Position numbers and translations under genes: made by a program. Shown here piece after piece: positions 1 to 13,118 of a stretch of DNA of 64,000 nt. The stretch is from positions 134,974,001 through 135,038,000 of the forward strand of contig NC_042997.1 of the NCBI RefSeq assembly GCF_006345805.1, read 5' to 3'. This DNA comes from Octopus sinensis. Lineage: Eukaryota. The notes under the pieces were generated by a model that made no database searches, was not told the origin of the DNA, and saw only the letters and a list, made by a program, of their open reading frames with translations. Position 1 is the stretch's first letter. Each line of letters starts with the position of its first letter.

Positions 1-796
1 TACAATTTTATTTATCTTGGTCTGGGAAAGCCGTCAATTTGATTGGCACTGCCATTGTCTATTGGACCTACGATCGTAGACGAGAAATTTGCAATCGAAA
101 GGCATCCTACTATGGAGCAAGCTCGACCAGATGATGGTAATGGTATATACATACACAGATACATATACACACTCACACACACATATACGGACATACATAA
201 AAAATATACATGCATGCATATATGTATGTGTATGTGTGTGTATGTCTGTGTGTGTGCGCGCGTGTACGTTAGTACATACGAGTGAATCACAGACATGAAC
301 TGTTTCTATGTCAGATATATGCGGCATATATTTCTATTGGATAGAATGCGTTCTTTTGAATGGATATATTTGTAAACTTCTTATGAATAAATGTACGAAG
401 TGTACGAAACATTCCTGAATGTCTTTCCGTCTCTCATTATCTATGCACACAAACACACAAACACACAAAATGGATCTAAGGTAAGTCCCGCTCCAAAGGC
501 TTAAAAAGCTGGTTTCTCGGATTCCATAATATACATATTCCACCAACCCTGGACAGGATGCTGTCCGTCGCAAAATAAACTCATTTTCGCAAGCATATTA
601 GACGTGAAATGAGGTGTTATCCTCAAGAAGAGAACGCATCGGGGACCGAAATTGTAATCTTACAATCATGAGTGCAGCGTCCCTAACTACACACACGCAC
701 ACTCACACGCAAACACACACACACACGAACGCACGCACATTTACATAAAGAGCTAGAAAGAAAGAAAAAGAAAGGAAGGAAGAAAGATTAAAGGAG

Positions 797-1015
<219 letters not shown>

Positions 1016-2489
1016 CGTGCGTGTGTGTGTTAGTGTGTGTGGTTTTGTGTTTAGAGAAGACTCTTTGGAACGGAATATATTTTCAACATGATACTACAAG
1101 CACGTTTCTTGGTCAGTTCTGACATTCTTCTTGAGTGCATTTCCAGTCATCCTCGTTCAGTTCATTTTTCTTCTACTTTCTTACCTTATTAGTTTTGTCT
1201 ATGGATTAGTATACTTACTTTGAGTTTCGGACTGAAATCATGCAGATCCACTTCAGTTGAGAACTATAAAATTGTGTCACATTTATCAAGTGTAATTTTC
1301 AGTATTCTAAAGCACGTACTCGAGATAACATCTAGCACTATAGTGGGGAATAAATTTCATCGATCAATACCAAGAAATACTTACACTAGTTGGATTCAAT
1401 CTCTTTTTAACTGAGTGCTGTCTTGTCTGACGGCGTAGAGCACCTACCTGTTCTAGTAGTGCGTTTTGTTCTTATTTGATACTCGATTCAATTCACGATT
1501 AGAATTTATTTACATGCTTTTATAGATTTTCTAATAATTTACACTTGGCATAATTATTTACCAATAACGTAAATTTCCCTAATGATTCTTCAAATCTGTT
1601 GGTTTAAGTCGAAAATACATCCACCACTTTTGTTTCTAAGTTCGAATATTCTGCTGAGTTAGTATTGTTCCTAAAATAATTTATTAGATATCTATAATAT
1701 TAAGTACCAGCAGTATTTAATTGTCTAAACCAAATCTCTATAGCAAAGCAGTTTTATTTAATTAGAGTAGTTAAACTGCTTGAGGCAGTAGCACTTTTAA
1801 CTAAATATATTACAGAATGAAATTCCTTGGTTTCCGATTAGAGTTCAAATTGAGAAATAAAATTCTTTGATTTCCGATTAGAATTCAAGTTGCTCATTGA
1901 ACTAGATAAACAAACTACAGATATACAGCAGTCCAGATTGCTTCTTCATAATACGGGACAAAAATTATTACAAAATTAGATTAGAGATGAAAAAAACTTA
2001 TTTTACCCTATATTTTAGTAATGTAAAAGAAAGCTCATTTCTTTTAATTATGAGATAATCCTGATACTTTTAGAGCTAAAAGACAATGTTCTGTTACAGA
2101 GCACCAGATATGTAAAAGCTTGAATTCAGGCCATAACGATTAAAGCTATCAGCAGAAAATGTTTATCAGCTGAATTTGTAGTTAGTTTGAAGTATAATGC
2201 ATCTACCATTTTTTTTATAGGTTATATTTAGTGATTGACATTCAGAATATTCAATCTAGATTTAGAAGTAAGAGAAAAAATATCTATAACTTCAAGCATA
2301 TTATTTGAAAGTATTTTTATTCAAATATATCGATAATATTAAAACTGAAATAGTAGGAGCTTAGGACAAAGAGCCATCTCGTAGATGCATAAAATGAAAA
2401 TAAACGGATATACAAGCAGTTGCACAACATGCATTTCATCTGATTGCCAGATGAAAGAATTTTAACAAAGCCAGTCAGAGATACAGATT

Positions 2490-2536
<47 letters not shown>

Positions 2537-4039
2537 TGGCTGATACATATATGCATACATATTAGTAGCTGAAGAATAAAGATAAGGAATCAGGGGACGA
2601 GAAAAAGAGACAAAACTATATAGAAGGAAGAGTGCAAAATAGAAAAATAGCTTGAAGACTGAAAAGAAATAATTGAGAAAGATGAAGAGAAAGTGAAAGA
2701 AAGCCGTACTTTAGATAATAATAAAGTTTTATGATGCACGGAATAGTTTCAACTGATAACATTTTAGCATTTTTTAGCATTCAAAAATATTCGGTGCAGT
2801 ATTCATTTAAAAGATATTCATCGCTTCCTTTGGATTTTATTTCAATCCCATTTTAAATTTTTGTATAATTTATTAATTTAGAATAGAATTTTTTTTTTAT
2901 GTTCAAGCAAATATTTCAGTATTTCACCGAACACAAGTATTGTTGAGGTAGAAACAATTAAAGCTATGCCTAGTACATTTAATAACATTACCCAATCTCC
3001 AAAATATTCATACGTATGTAGTCTGCAGAGAAAGAAGTTAGCAAATTTCAGCCATTCAGCTGTAACCACCCTGTGACATGTGCATACGTGAAATATTACT
3101 GTCTCACAATAGCGAGAAACAGTTCTCTCGCTTTTTCTCGTCCTCCTGAAAATGAAGAGTTAGCTACATTTATAAATATATGAATATATCATGTGTTTTC
3201 GCATGTACAATGATGAAAATATGTATTACTCGTATAACAACAGAAAAGACGAACGTATGACGAATTTTTTGAAGGTCTTTCAGTAAGCAATTAAACTTAG
3301 ATGAGTAGATAAATTCAAATGCGTTTAAGAATAATTTTGCATATATGTTTCCATACTGGAACCCTATTAAAACAAGTTTGAATAACCCTAGATATTCCTA
3401 GCTATTCTGGTATCAATTCAGTAGTTAGAATTGTTGTATCATGTCCAGGTTTTCTGCCATCATATTCTAGCTATCTCGTGTATACAGTAAAGTCAATACA
3501 TACTCTTTGTTTATTTCTTTCCATATAATCGGGCGAATATAACCGTGGTAGCCTCTAATTACTTCCTTCAGATTTTCTATGGTTATTCAGAATACCAGCA
3601 AATGCAAGTGCCTGTTACTCAACCAAACGACTTTTCTTTTGTATGTGGACAATGAACAAGCATACAAAAGCGATGAATCATAACGGATGCATCAAGGGTG
3701 AAACTTGGTTGTAAGGGAGGTGACCAACATAGGGATTAAACAGCTCATATTTGCATTGCGCACTAGAACGCAATGTTAACAACTTGGTAAGATGTTAAAA
3801 AAAAAATGACAATTGTACTTTTCTGTTTCTATGATTTGGCACATAGATGTCTATGTCAATTGTATCTTTTGCGTGAAATATCTAGTTTCAGACCGAACAA
3901 TAAATGATTAAAAAACAATTAAACAAACAACAAATGAACATTAATACTAATACCACACAAGGAAATTAACTCACCTATAATTACAACAACAACGATTATA
4001 GGCATAGTTTTGCTGACGATTCAGCCTGTGATATGGAAA

Positions 4040-4250
4040 CAGGAATTTACATATGATTTCCAGATGGCTCCTCAAATATGCAAGCTGAGTTACATGATTT
4101 GGTGTGCGGTTTGGAATTGACAAAACAAAAGACAGAGTTGCGTCGTTTCTGACTTCGTGAATAAAAGCTTCTTCAGTGAAACACCTTAGTGAGTATCATT
4201 TTTACTGACCGGAAAGAAACAGTGATCTATGTCATACCATTGATATTAGT
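4040..4250 (+). mobile_element. Chapaev3-like transposase remnant
   Basis: QAELHDLVCGLELTKQKTELRRF*LRE*KLLQ resembles Q.ELNDLVRDL.L.K...ELL.SRL....LL. The family name comes from recall of this motif. Confidence 0.45.
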
Positions 4251-4585
4251 GATAACTAAGGACTGATGCTTGAGATTTGCAGCGACTATGAACTCAAGGA
4301 GTAAATAAATATCACTGAATCAATCAAGGTGAGTTTTAAAGCTATCTACCTACACATACTTTATAAGGATCCTTTAATCACTGTATAAAATGTCATTGCT
4401 CAATGTATGAACTCGACAGATACCAATATATGTCTCTTTCCATTTCATAGACATAATGAAAATAAACCACAATAATAATGGTTAAGGTGATACTATCCCG
4501 ACTCTATTAGAAAAATATTGACTAGTGATATGCAGTCTCTGACAATTTAATAATTTAAACATCCTATAAGATTTTCTTCTTATAT

Positions 4586-4613
4586 GACGGACATAATAAT
4601 AATAATAATAATG

Positions 4614-4674
<61 letters not shown>

Positions 4675-4724
4675 TGATGATGATGATGATGATGATGACG
4701 ACGACGACGACGATGATGATGATG

Positions 4725-4776
<52 letters not shown>
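4586..4776. repeat. Symmetric compound microsatellite (TAA)n(TGA)n(CGA)n(TGA)n(TAA)n
   Basis: Seen directly in the sequence. Confidence 0.95.
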
Positions 4777-4779
<3 letters not shown>

Positions 4780-5819
4780 TCTACTTCAGAAGGAAAGAAA
4801 ACTGATACAAATAGCGGCAAAACACGAGCAAAACAAAAAACTGTTCTCAGTATTTAAGGAAGCTGACAAATACAAACAAGAAATCATACCACCTAACAAA
4901 AGCTATTAAACAAATGAAAACCAAACTAAAACTAGAACAGCAACGAACCATGATAAAACGATGGCAAGAAAAGCTCCTTCATGGCAAATACTGGACTAAA
5001 TTAAATGCAAAAAAAATAGACAAAGAAAAATCCCAGCAATGGTTGAGAAGCTCAGGACTCAAAGCAGAGACAGAGAGATTTTTAATTGCAGCACAAGACC
5101 AAAGCCTCCCCATCAGAAATTACCAAAAACATGTAATGAAAAGAAATATAACAAGTAACTGCAGAATATGTGGAGATGGACAAGAAACAATAAATCCTAT
5201 TATCTCTGGATGCCCAGTCCTGGCTAAGAAGGAATATATTCACAGACACGACAGAGTTGGAACCTACATACACTGGAAGCTATGCCAACATTATGGAATA
5301 ACAACAAAAAAAAGATGGTATAGGCACACACCAGAAAAGGTCACAGAAAACGAGAAAGCAACCATACTCTGGGATATGCCAATACACACATATAGAGAAA
5401 TTAAGGTCAACAGACCAGATATAGTTGTCAGAGATCATGAAGAAAAAAAAAACTTTCTAATTGATGTATCAATACCAGTAGATGACAGCGTGTCTCTAAA
5501 AGAAATGGAGAAACTTTCAGAATACAAAGACCTGGAAATAGAGGTAACTAGAATGTGGAATCTGAAAACAGAAACAATTCCTATCATAATAGGTGCATTA
5601 GGCATGATAAAAAAATATTCAGACAAATACATAACAAAAACACCAGGACTTACAAACACATATAACATACAGAAAATTGTACTACTAGGCACTGCACTTC
5701 CTACGCATAACACTTTCCATACAGTAACCATCAGAGCATCACAACAAATCGCAGCACATACCCAAGGCACACAGAGCTGCGCTCGGTAGTGAAGTGAAAG
5801 CACGCTATAAAAAATATTA

Positions 5820-5824
<5 letters not shown>
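4777..5824 (+). mobile_element. 5'-truncated R4/Dong-like non-LTR retrotransposon (zinc knuckle plus restriction-like endonuclease), flanked by (TAA)n
   Basis: ORF 4914-5789 has LHGKY, AAQDQSL, CRICG..ETINPIISGC (CCHC with H>P), RHDRV..YIHW.LC, ILWD, RPDIVV..IDVSIP..KE.EKLSEY.DL..E..RMW, PIIIGALG and IQKIVLLGTA. A frameshift near 5697 alters the C-terminus (probable original stop about 5727). (TAA)n lies on both sides. Confidence 0.92.
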
Positions 5825-5883
<59 letters not shown>

Positions 5884-6191
5884 GCGTGGAGTAGTTGAAA
5901 CAGGGACAACTGAAGAAGGGGAATATTCTTTATATTGTGTGTCCCGTTTCTCTGTTTTTTTTCGTTGTTCGAAAAAAAATATTTGTTTCCATGTTTTTGT
6001 TTTTATTTTTTCGTTTCTCATTGTGTTCAACGTTTTTTTGTTGGTGTCCTGTACCCATATATGCATGTATATATACATATATATGTAGGTATGTACTTAT
6101 ATGTATGTATATAAGCATATATTTATATATTATTTATATTATATATTATATATATTATTTATATTATATGTGTGTGTGTGTGTGTGTGTGT

Positions 6192-6490
6192 GGAGGCGCA
6201 ATGGCCCAGTGGTTAGGGCAGCGGACTCACGGTCGTAAGATCGCGGTTTCGATTCCCAGACTGGGCGTTGTGAGTGTTTATTGAGAGAAAACACCTAAAG
6301 CTCCACGAGGCTCCGGCAGGGGTTGGTAGCGATCCCTGCTGTACTCTTTCGCCACAATTCTCTCTCACTCTTTCTTCTGTTGGTCTGCTCGCTTAGCCAG
6401 CAGGGTGGCGTCATTTGAAGGCTAAAACAATGTGAAGTGCATTGTGACTAGCGAGGTGTAGCAACATCTGATAGTCTGGTCTGTCACAAT
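6192..6490 (+). mobile_element. tRNA-derived SINE, family A (other copies: 18370-18420 + head only; 51037-51190 -)
   Basis: Head GGAGGCGCAATGGCCCAGTGGTTAG (A box) ... GGTTTCGATTCCC (B box-like), with three homologous copies in the window. Confidence 0.88.
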
Positions 6491-7522
6491 ATATATGTGC
6501 GTGCGTGTGTGTGTGTGTGTGTTTGTGTGTGTACGTGAATATATCTAAATGAAAATAAATCAGTGTTTCTAACCTGGATGTAGGGGCATGCTGTGTTTCT
6601 AGTAGGTCGGTATAGGATATAGGAGACAAATAAACTGCTAACTGAGTTATATCATAGTCATTTGTATTTCCCGTACATCATAGACACATACATTAAAAAA
6701 GACATACATCTGTGTGTATGTGTATATTACGGGCAGCGTATATATTTGTGCACATACTTATGCATATACATCTTTGCTTGTATGTACGCATAATTATATT
6801 ACTGATATAGCTCAGGGAACATGCTTACGCTGAATGCATTCGATTGCCACAGTTATGTATGATGTATGTGACGTGTAAATAAATAATATACAAGTAACTC
6901 CTGTAGTCGTTCTCTGGATACTGCTTGCCTGCGCTTACCTATAATCTGTATGTTTGTGCGCGTGTGTATATGTATACATATTTTTTACTGGGATATCTGT
7001 TTTTCCTTATAAATCATTCTTCAGTCTCTTCTCTCTCCTCTCTACCAGTTTGATTCCTTCAGTCCATTCTCTTTCTTTGTCTTAATCTCCTCCCTATGAA
7101 AGTACAGTAGTACTAAAGGAATAAGAAAAATTCTTTAAATTTATTGGTCACTAACTCTGTACATCTATTTCATCCAAAGTCCTGTCCTGCTCCGCGTGAC
7201 TTATCGAATACGTATTTTACATACATGCATACATACATACATGCATACATAGATACATACATATAATACATATATACATACATATGTACATTCGTTTCGA
7301 GTTATTCAGCCATATCCTTAGTATTATCCGTACATGTTCGTTCGCTCATTTACGCTAACTGTTGTCCGACAGAGAGCTCTTTCTATTTATAGACAATCCG
7401 AGATTCCATAATCAATAATCGACTACAGAGGCTATCTATAAGTGCTTCGAATAGATTGGAGATCATAGCGCGCAAATATTACCATTCAGCTTCATCTACT
7501 CATTTCTGTCACCTCTTCTCTC

Positions 7523-7573
<51 letters not shown>

Positions 7574-8183
7574 TTTCCTTTCTTTGTTTTTCTCTCTGTC
7601 TTTATCTTTTCCTGTCTGCAAGTCCCACCGCTATTCTATGTCTAACTGCTTACATACATTCGTATGAAACGGCATTTACTATTCCTAGTTTCAATGATAA
7701 TTTCACACCCCGAGGTTTTACAAAATACATCTATTTTTATACTTGAATCTAGTTTCATCTCACTATCTCTTTCTCCTCACTCAACAAATACCTGACTGTT
7801 TGTTAGCTTTTCTCTCACTCTCCCAACCACACATTTAATTTGTGTTCTCTTCTCTCTATTTCTCTCCGCCCCTTCTCTCTCTCTCTCTCTCTCTCTCTGT
7901 TTCACATATTTGATTTTCCAAAAGAGAAAGATAAGAAAGGGAGAGATATAAGTATTTAAAGTATGTTGCATAGATATTGGACATAATCATAGACATTAAT
8001 TCACACATCCATACACTTTTACATCCAGCGACACGTACGTGGGTATGCATGTGTGTATGTATGTGTGTATGCACGCATGTATGTATATAAGTATGTATAT
8101 ATGTATGTATGCATGTATTCATGTATATACTCTTTACTCTTTTACTTATTTCAGTCATTTGGCTAAGGCCATGTTGGAGCATG

Positions 8184-8247
<64 letters not shown>

Positions 8248-8329
8248 CATATATATATGGATAGATAGATAGATATGCACACACACACAGACACATATAT
8301 AGACTTATACATACACACACACATATATA

Positions 8330-8799
8330 TATCCATAGACCTTTTGGTCCATAGCTCCTTCCCTGACCCTACCTCCCAACCCGGCTCGTTCCCCTGCTCC
8401 CGCCCACGTTGCCGCACTTGCCCTTACCTCTCCAACACCACCCGCCTCACTAGCACCCACCATCGACCCTATCCCATCATCCACTCCTTCACCTGCACCT
8501 CCAGCAATATTATCTATTGCATCTCTTGCTCTCTCTGCAATTCCTTGTACATCGGACAAACGGGACGCCGCTTGGCTGACCGGTTCGCGGAACACCTTCG
8601 TGACATCCACCTTGCGAACGACACACCGGTCTCACGCCATTTCCGCTCCACCGGTCACTCCTTGCAACACCTATCTGTGTTCGGTTTGTCCTTACACAGA
8701 GGCCATCCGGATTCCCGTTTGCGCCGTGAACAGGAATTAATCTTCTCTCTTCGCTCTTATACGCCATTTGGTCTCAACTCTCCCCCCCTCCTCATCTAA
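8330..8799 (+). mobile_element. Penelope-like element, C-terminal GIY-YIG endonuclease fragment (5'-truncated)
   Basis: CSRPRCRTCPY...FTCTSSNIIYCISCSLCNSLYIGQTGRRLADRFAEHLRDI...VSRHF...RLRREQELIFSLRSYTPFGLN: Cys-rich linker, GIY-YIG motif and the P.GLN end typical of PLEs. The frame is open to the stop at 8799. Confidence 0.9.
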
Positions 8800-9099
8800 C
8801 CCCCCTCTCCTCCCTCCTCACCCATCCTTTCCCCCGACCCCTACTTCTTCAGTCCTTCATCCTTTCACCCCTACTCCCCTTCCCTTCTTCCCTCTTTCTC
8901 CTTCCCTCCTTCCCTCTTCCCCTTCCCTCTGCTCCCTCACTCCCCCTCTCCCTCTTTCCTCCTCCCCTTCCTCCCCCTCCTCCACTTCCTTCTCCCCCAT
9001 CCTCTCCTCTTCCCCCCTCTCCTCCCCCTCTCCTCCTCCCCCCTTCTCCCCCCTCTTCTCTTCACTACACCACACGACTTCACACATCACATCATACAT

Positions 9100-9440
9100 G
9101 ATGTGCCATACTAATACATACACCAACTAATACATACTAATACGTACTAATACATACTAATACATACTAATACATACACCAACCCTATACATACACACGT
9201 CCAGACCCCCCATACGCACTTATACTCTCTCATACACACACACACACACATTTATACATACTAATACGTACTAATACATACTAATACATACTAATACATA
9301 CACCAACCCCATACATACGCACGTCCACACCAATCCTACGCACTAATACTCTCTCATACACACACACACACACACACACACCCTTATACATACTAATACA
9401 TACACCAACCCTATACATACACACGTTCAGACCCCTCCTA
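9100..9440. repeat. Minisatellite of about 120-bp degenerate units built on CTAATACATA
   Basis: TACACCAACCC.ATACATAC.CACGT recurs at about 9174, 9298 and 9401. Confidence 0.8.
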
Positions 9441-9770
9441 CGCACTATTAGCTGGTCCTTCAACCATATTATCAACCCTATTATCTCCCCTTATTTCGCT
9501 CTCACGTCTCATGTTTGATCTTTGACCTCTGGCCGAAATCAGATCGCCATGTTGATTCGTTAGCTACTGCACGCATTTTTTTCTCTCCTTCTTTCTGTGT
9601 TTTTTTCTCTCTGTGTATCTTTCTGTTGAAGAGCGTAGACTCGAAACGTTAAAGACTTGTTTTATTTATATTTCCTGAGCGCCATACTAATACAATTGTT
9701 TGTTTGTTTTCCACCTGCCTTCGTCTTTTGTCTATTTTCATAAAGCTTCCCGTTATATATATACACACAC
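9430..9770 (+). mobile_element. PLE-associated pseudo-LTR with a degenerate minimal hammerhead (9618-9655)
   Basis: Lies downstream of the GIY-YIG ORF and its low-complexity tail. Contains TCTTT-CTGTTGA-A-GAG-CGTAGA-CTC-GAAAC-GTT-AAAGA. Homologous to 28320-28545 on the minus strand. Confidence 0.65.
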
Positions 9771-10199
9771 ACACATACGCATTATTTGAAGTGTGTGCGA
9801 CTTCTGGGTAAGACCATAAGCTGAACGCGGCTGTAGGGCTCTGGTTCAGGAGCGCCAGTGTTTCGAGGAATATGAAATCGCCTCGTAATCGCTATTGTTT
9901 CGAAGGTGACCTGTAGTGGTGATCCCAAAACTAAGGTGAACGTGCGTGTGTATGTGAGAACATGTATATGCGTGTGGAAGGGGGCTGGTAACCGTGACAT
10001 GTGCGTGTGTGCATGTGTAGGTGTGTGGCGTGGTGTAATGTGGTGTGGTGTGGTATGGTGGTGTACGGTGTGGAGTTATGGTGGTGCGGGGTGTGGTTTG
10101 GTGTGGTGGTTTTTGGGTGTCGGGGAGGTGAGAATGGAGTAAGCAAGGGTAGGGTCTAAGGAATGCGGTGGGGTTGGATATATAAGGATGGGTGGGAGA

Positions 10200-10511
10200 A
10201 GGTGGGTAGGAGTGAAGAGAGGAAGTAAGTGCCAGAGCAAGGGAGGAGAGGTGGGTGGGAGGAAGTAGGTGTGAGAGGAAGAGAGGAGAAAGGAGAGGGG
10301 AGGAGAGTTGAGGCCATATGGCGCAAAGAAGCGAAGAGAGAAGATTAATCGTTGCTCACGTCGAAGACAGGACTCCGGATGGCCTCTGTGCAAGGACAAT
10401 CCGAACATAGACAGGTGTTATAAAGAGTGACCGGTAGAGCGGAAATGGCGCGAGATCGGGGTGTCGTTGCCGAGTCTGATGTCTCGGAGGTGTTCCTGTT
10501 TGACCGATATA

Positions 10512-10515
<4 letters not shown>
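10200..10515 (-). mobile_element. Second, diverged PLE GIY-YIG 3' fragment, tail-to-tail with the 8330-8799 copy
   Basis: Reads [68 protein letters not shown]. It has an internal deletion and a stop codon, and its 5' end merges into (TA)n. Confidence 0.88.
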
Positions 10516-10583
<68 letters not shown>

Positions 10584-10944
10584 CATGCATATATATACGT
10601 ATACGTATATATGCACATGTATATGTATATGCATATATACAGACGTATGTATATATCTATATCTATCTAGATATATTTGTAAAATGCTAAAAACATATTT
10701 AAAAAAGAAATAAATTTCAGAAATAAAAAAAATATATAACTTTTAGTAAATATAAAAATAAATAAGTAAATGAATGGAAATTCATCTGCTGAGTGTGTTA
10801 ATAAGGCATTAAAAAAGAAAAATATGTGTATATATATATGCACGCTGATGCACTCACAAGCGCAGAAACAAACAAACAAAATGAATACAGCTCCGATAAC
10901 GGACAGAGTCAACATCGACTGAAGAGGTAGCAAGAAGCAGCGAA

Positions 10945-11155
10945 AACTGTGTGACATAGTGAAAAGTCCTGTCACCCAGATATAGGGCCTTCCAGCAGTC
11001 ACCTTCTTGACCCAGAGCAGCACTGCTTCCTCCAGGCACTTGATGTAGGCCTCTGAGTTGAGTCTCAGGCTGTGTGGGAAGAGAGGGGGCATAACCTTGC
11101 CATCACTAGAGATCACTCCAAACACCTTGATGTCGACTGGATGTTTGATTTTTAT
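10945..11155 (-). mobile_element. maT (DD37D-like) transposase fragment
   Basis: VFGVISSDGKVMPPLFPHSLRLNSEAYIKCLEEAVLLWVKKVTAGRPYIW. Confidence 0.75.
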
Positions 11156-11419
11156 TACTCTCGTTATATGTCCTTAGATTGCACTATCCTCACATTGGCA
11201 CACAAACACTCTGAAATGTTCGTATTGGATCTTGCGGCATGAATGCCAAGCAGTGCAGCATGTCGTTTCCAAATATTTGGCAGAGTTGTGTCATAGTGCT
11301 GTTTTTCTCACAGACGTTGCCCAACTGACCCTACTATACTGTGTAGTCGAATCGTATACTTTTACGTGTTTTGAATATTGGACTGCGGCTACGCTAGCCT
11401 TAAAGGTTTTCTTCGAAAG

Positions 11420-11830
11420 GTTTGAATTCCGTACTTGCCAAAAAAAATGCAAAGTGTATCTGTTGTCAATTTGTGTGGAAAACTGCAATCAAAAGCGTAT
11501 CGATTTTAATTACATGGTCATCAAAACCATATCCCATTGTCTCCTTGCAAAAGTTCATAAGAAGAGAAAAGAAACCGAAAAAACAGCGGACAAAGTTGAA
11601 TAGGAAGGTATCGAAAACCTTATCCTCAAGTTCTGGATGGTTTGACAGGTTTAGAAATCAATATGCGAGAAACCACATGGATAGAATGCTGAGGAAAGCA
11701 CAAATACGGATTATGCTTCGGCAGGCTGGCATCTGATTAAATTAATTAAGAAAACACATTGCAATTGATTGTTTTGTTTATGACGAAATTATAAATTTTA
11801 GCGATATGCCAAATAATCTTTCTGCCAAAG
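11420..11830 (+). mobile_element. pogo/Tigger-like transposase remnant (CENP-B HTH region)
   Basis: VENCNQKRI...IKT and SSSGWFDRFRNQY match Tigger motifs (W.ED..QKRIP; AS.GWF..FK.R). Frameshifted. Confidence 0.65.
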
Positions 11831-12063
11831 AAAGAATTGCAACTTCGGTTCAAAATGATACATAATTTTCTAACATTATTTAAACTAAACCCAGTTTTAG
11901 ACTATCTGGCATGTATTAGACTATCTGGTATGTTTTTAAACCTTTCAGCGAGTATGCCATACTAGTTTATTAGAGATGCTATAGGAAAGCCCTGGATGTA
12001 AAATTTGTTTTAGATCAGTCAAATAATTGTTGCTGTTTCAAAACCGGACTATTTGAAAAGTTT

Positions 12064-13118
12064 ACACACACATGACAGAAGTCAATAGACACCCTCTGAA
12101 ACATCGTCTTATGTTTATTTTAACTTGTAATTCATTACTAACTGATATTTTTATGTTTCAGATCCTATATGGGACTGTTTAATCATGCCGTGAACAAAAG
12201 AAGCCTTGGAACTGTCTGAATATCAAAGAAACAGTATTGTGAGTCATTCTGAAGGCGGACATAGTCAGCGTAAACTCGCAGAAAACCTTGGGATCCCGCT
12301 TTCTATAGTTAATAGACAGATTGTGTAATTCACCAGTGAAAGGAAGGAGTCCACAGCACCTTGCCCAGATCAACCAGGGCCCTCCGACAGGACCCTTCTC
12401 TTTGTTAAGAGAAGTGTGGAAGATAACTCTCGTTGCAAGGCCTCTGACATAGCAGAACAAGTTGATGTCAGTCCCAGAAAAACTGTCAGCTATCTCCACA
12501 AACTTGGTTACTCTAGCAGAGCAGCAAGAAAGAGGCCACTTCTTCGACCAGCGAACATCAGGCGAAGAAATGTGAGATGATGGAGAGGCTACTAGCATTT
12601 TCGGAAACTCATATTAATGGTCTGGGGAACAATTTAGAGCAATGGCTGATCAGAGCTGGTGGAGTGTGAGGGAAACATAAACTCACATAAATATGTGTCC
12701 ATATTGCAGAAAGGACTCCATTTAATTTTCTCCAGTGGTGAAATGATTAAAGAAGACTCTTTATTTATAGATGAGACTCCTTGTTAGATGAGAATGGCAT
12801 TAAAAAGATTCCATGGCCAAGGCAGTCATCAGGTATGAACCCTATTGAACACGTAAAAAGAACAAGAAAACATTTCCAAAGCCAGATCTTTTGAGATTAC
12901 AGCATGAAACATGAAACTTGGCTAGAAATTCCGCAAGAGTATATTTGTCATCTGATCAGTAACATGCCTTCTGGAGTCCTTGCATTGAAAAATGCAAAAG
13001 GCATGTCTACTACATATGAAATATTCACATTAAAACCATAAATAATTTGAATGTATAATTTCTGATATAAAGAAATTTTAATGATTATAAGGGTGTCTGT
13101 TTACTTTTGTCATACCTG
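12064..13118 (+). mobile_element. Internally deleted Tc1-like transposon
   Basis: TIRs CATGACAGAAGTCAATAGACACCCT and AGGGTGTCTGTTTACTTTTGTCATACCTG. HTH-like [25 protein letters not shown] and WPRQSSGMNPIEHV (Tc1 WP.QSPDLNPIE). Confidence 0.85.

Noticed and set aside
12-150. Non-repetitive peptide GRACSIVGCLSIANFSSTIVGPIDNG at the window start
   Set aside because: No family recognised and no convincing splice signals.
2878-3025. Hydrophobic minus-strand ORF after a good branch point and acceptor (CTAAC..CTGCAG)
   Set aside because: No recognisable SLC6 motif and no clear donor; hydrophobicity is expected from AT-rich DNA.
6192-6265. tRNA-like sequences at SINE heads
   Set aside because: No complete cloverleaf; they continue into shared SINE bodies, so they are not tRNA genes.
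9860-9905. Minus-strand ACGAGG..CCTCGAAAC motif near the second PLE copy
   Set aside because: It lacks CTG and a UH cleavage site; too degenerate to call.
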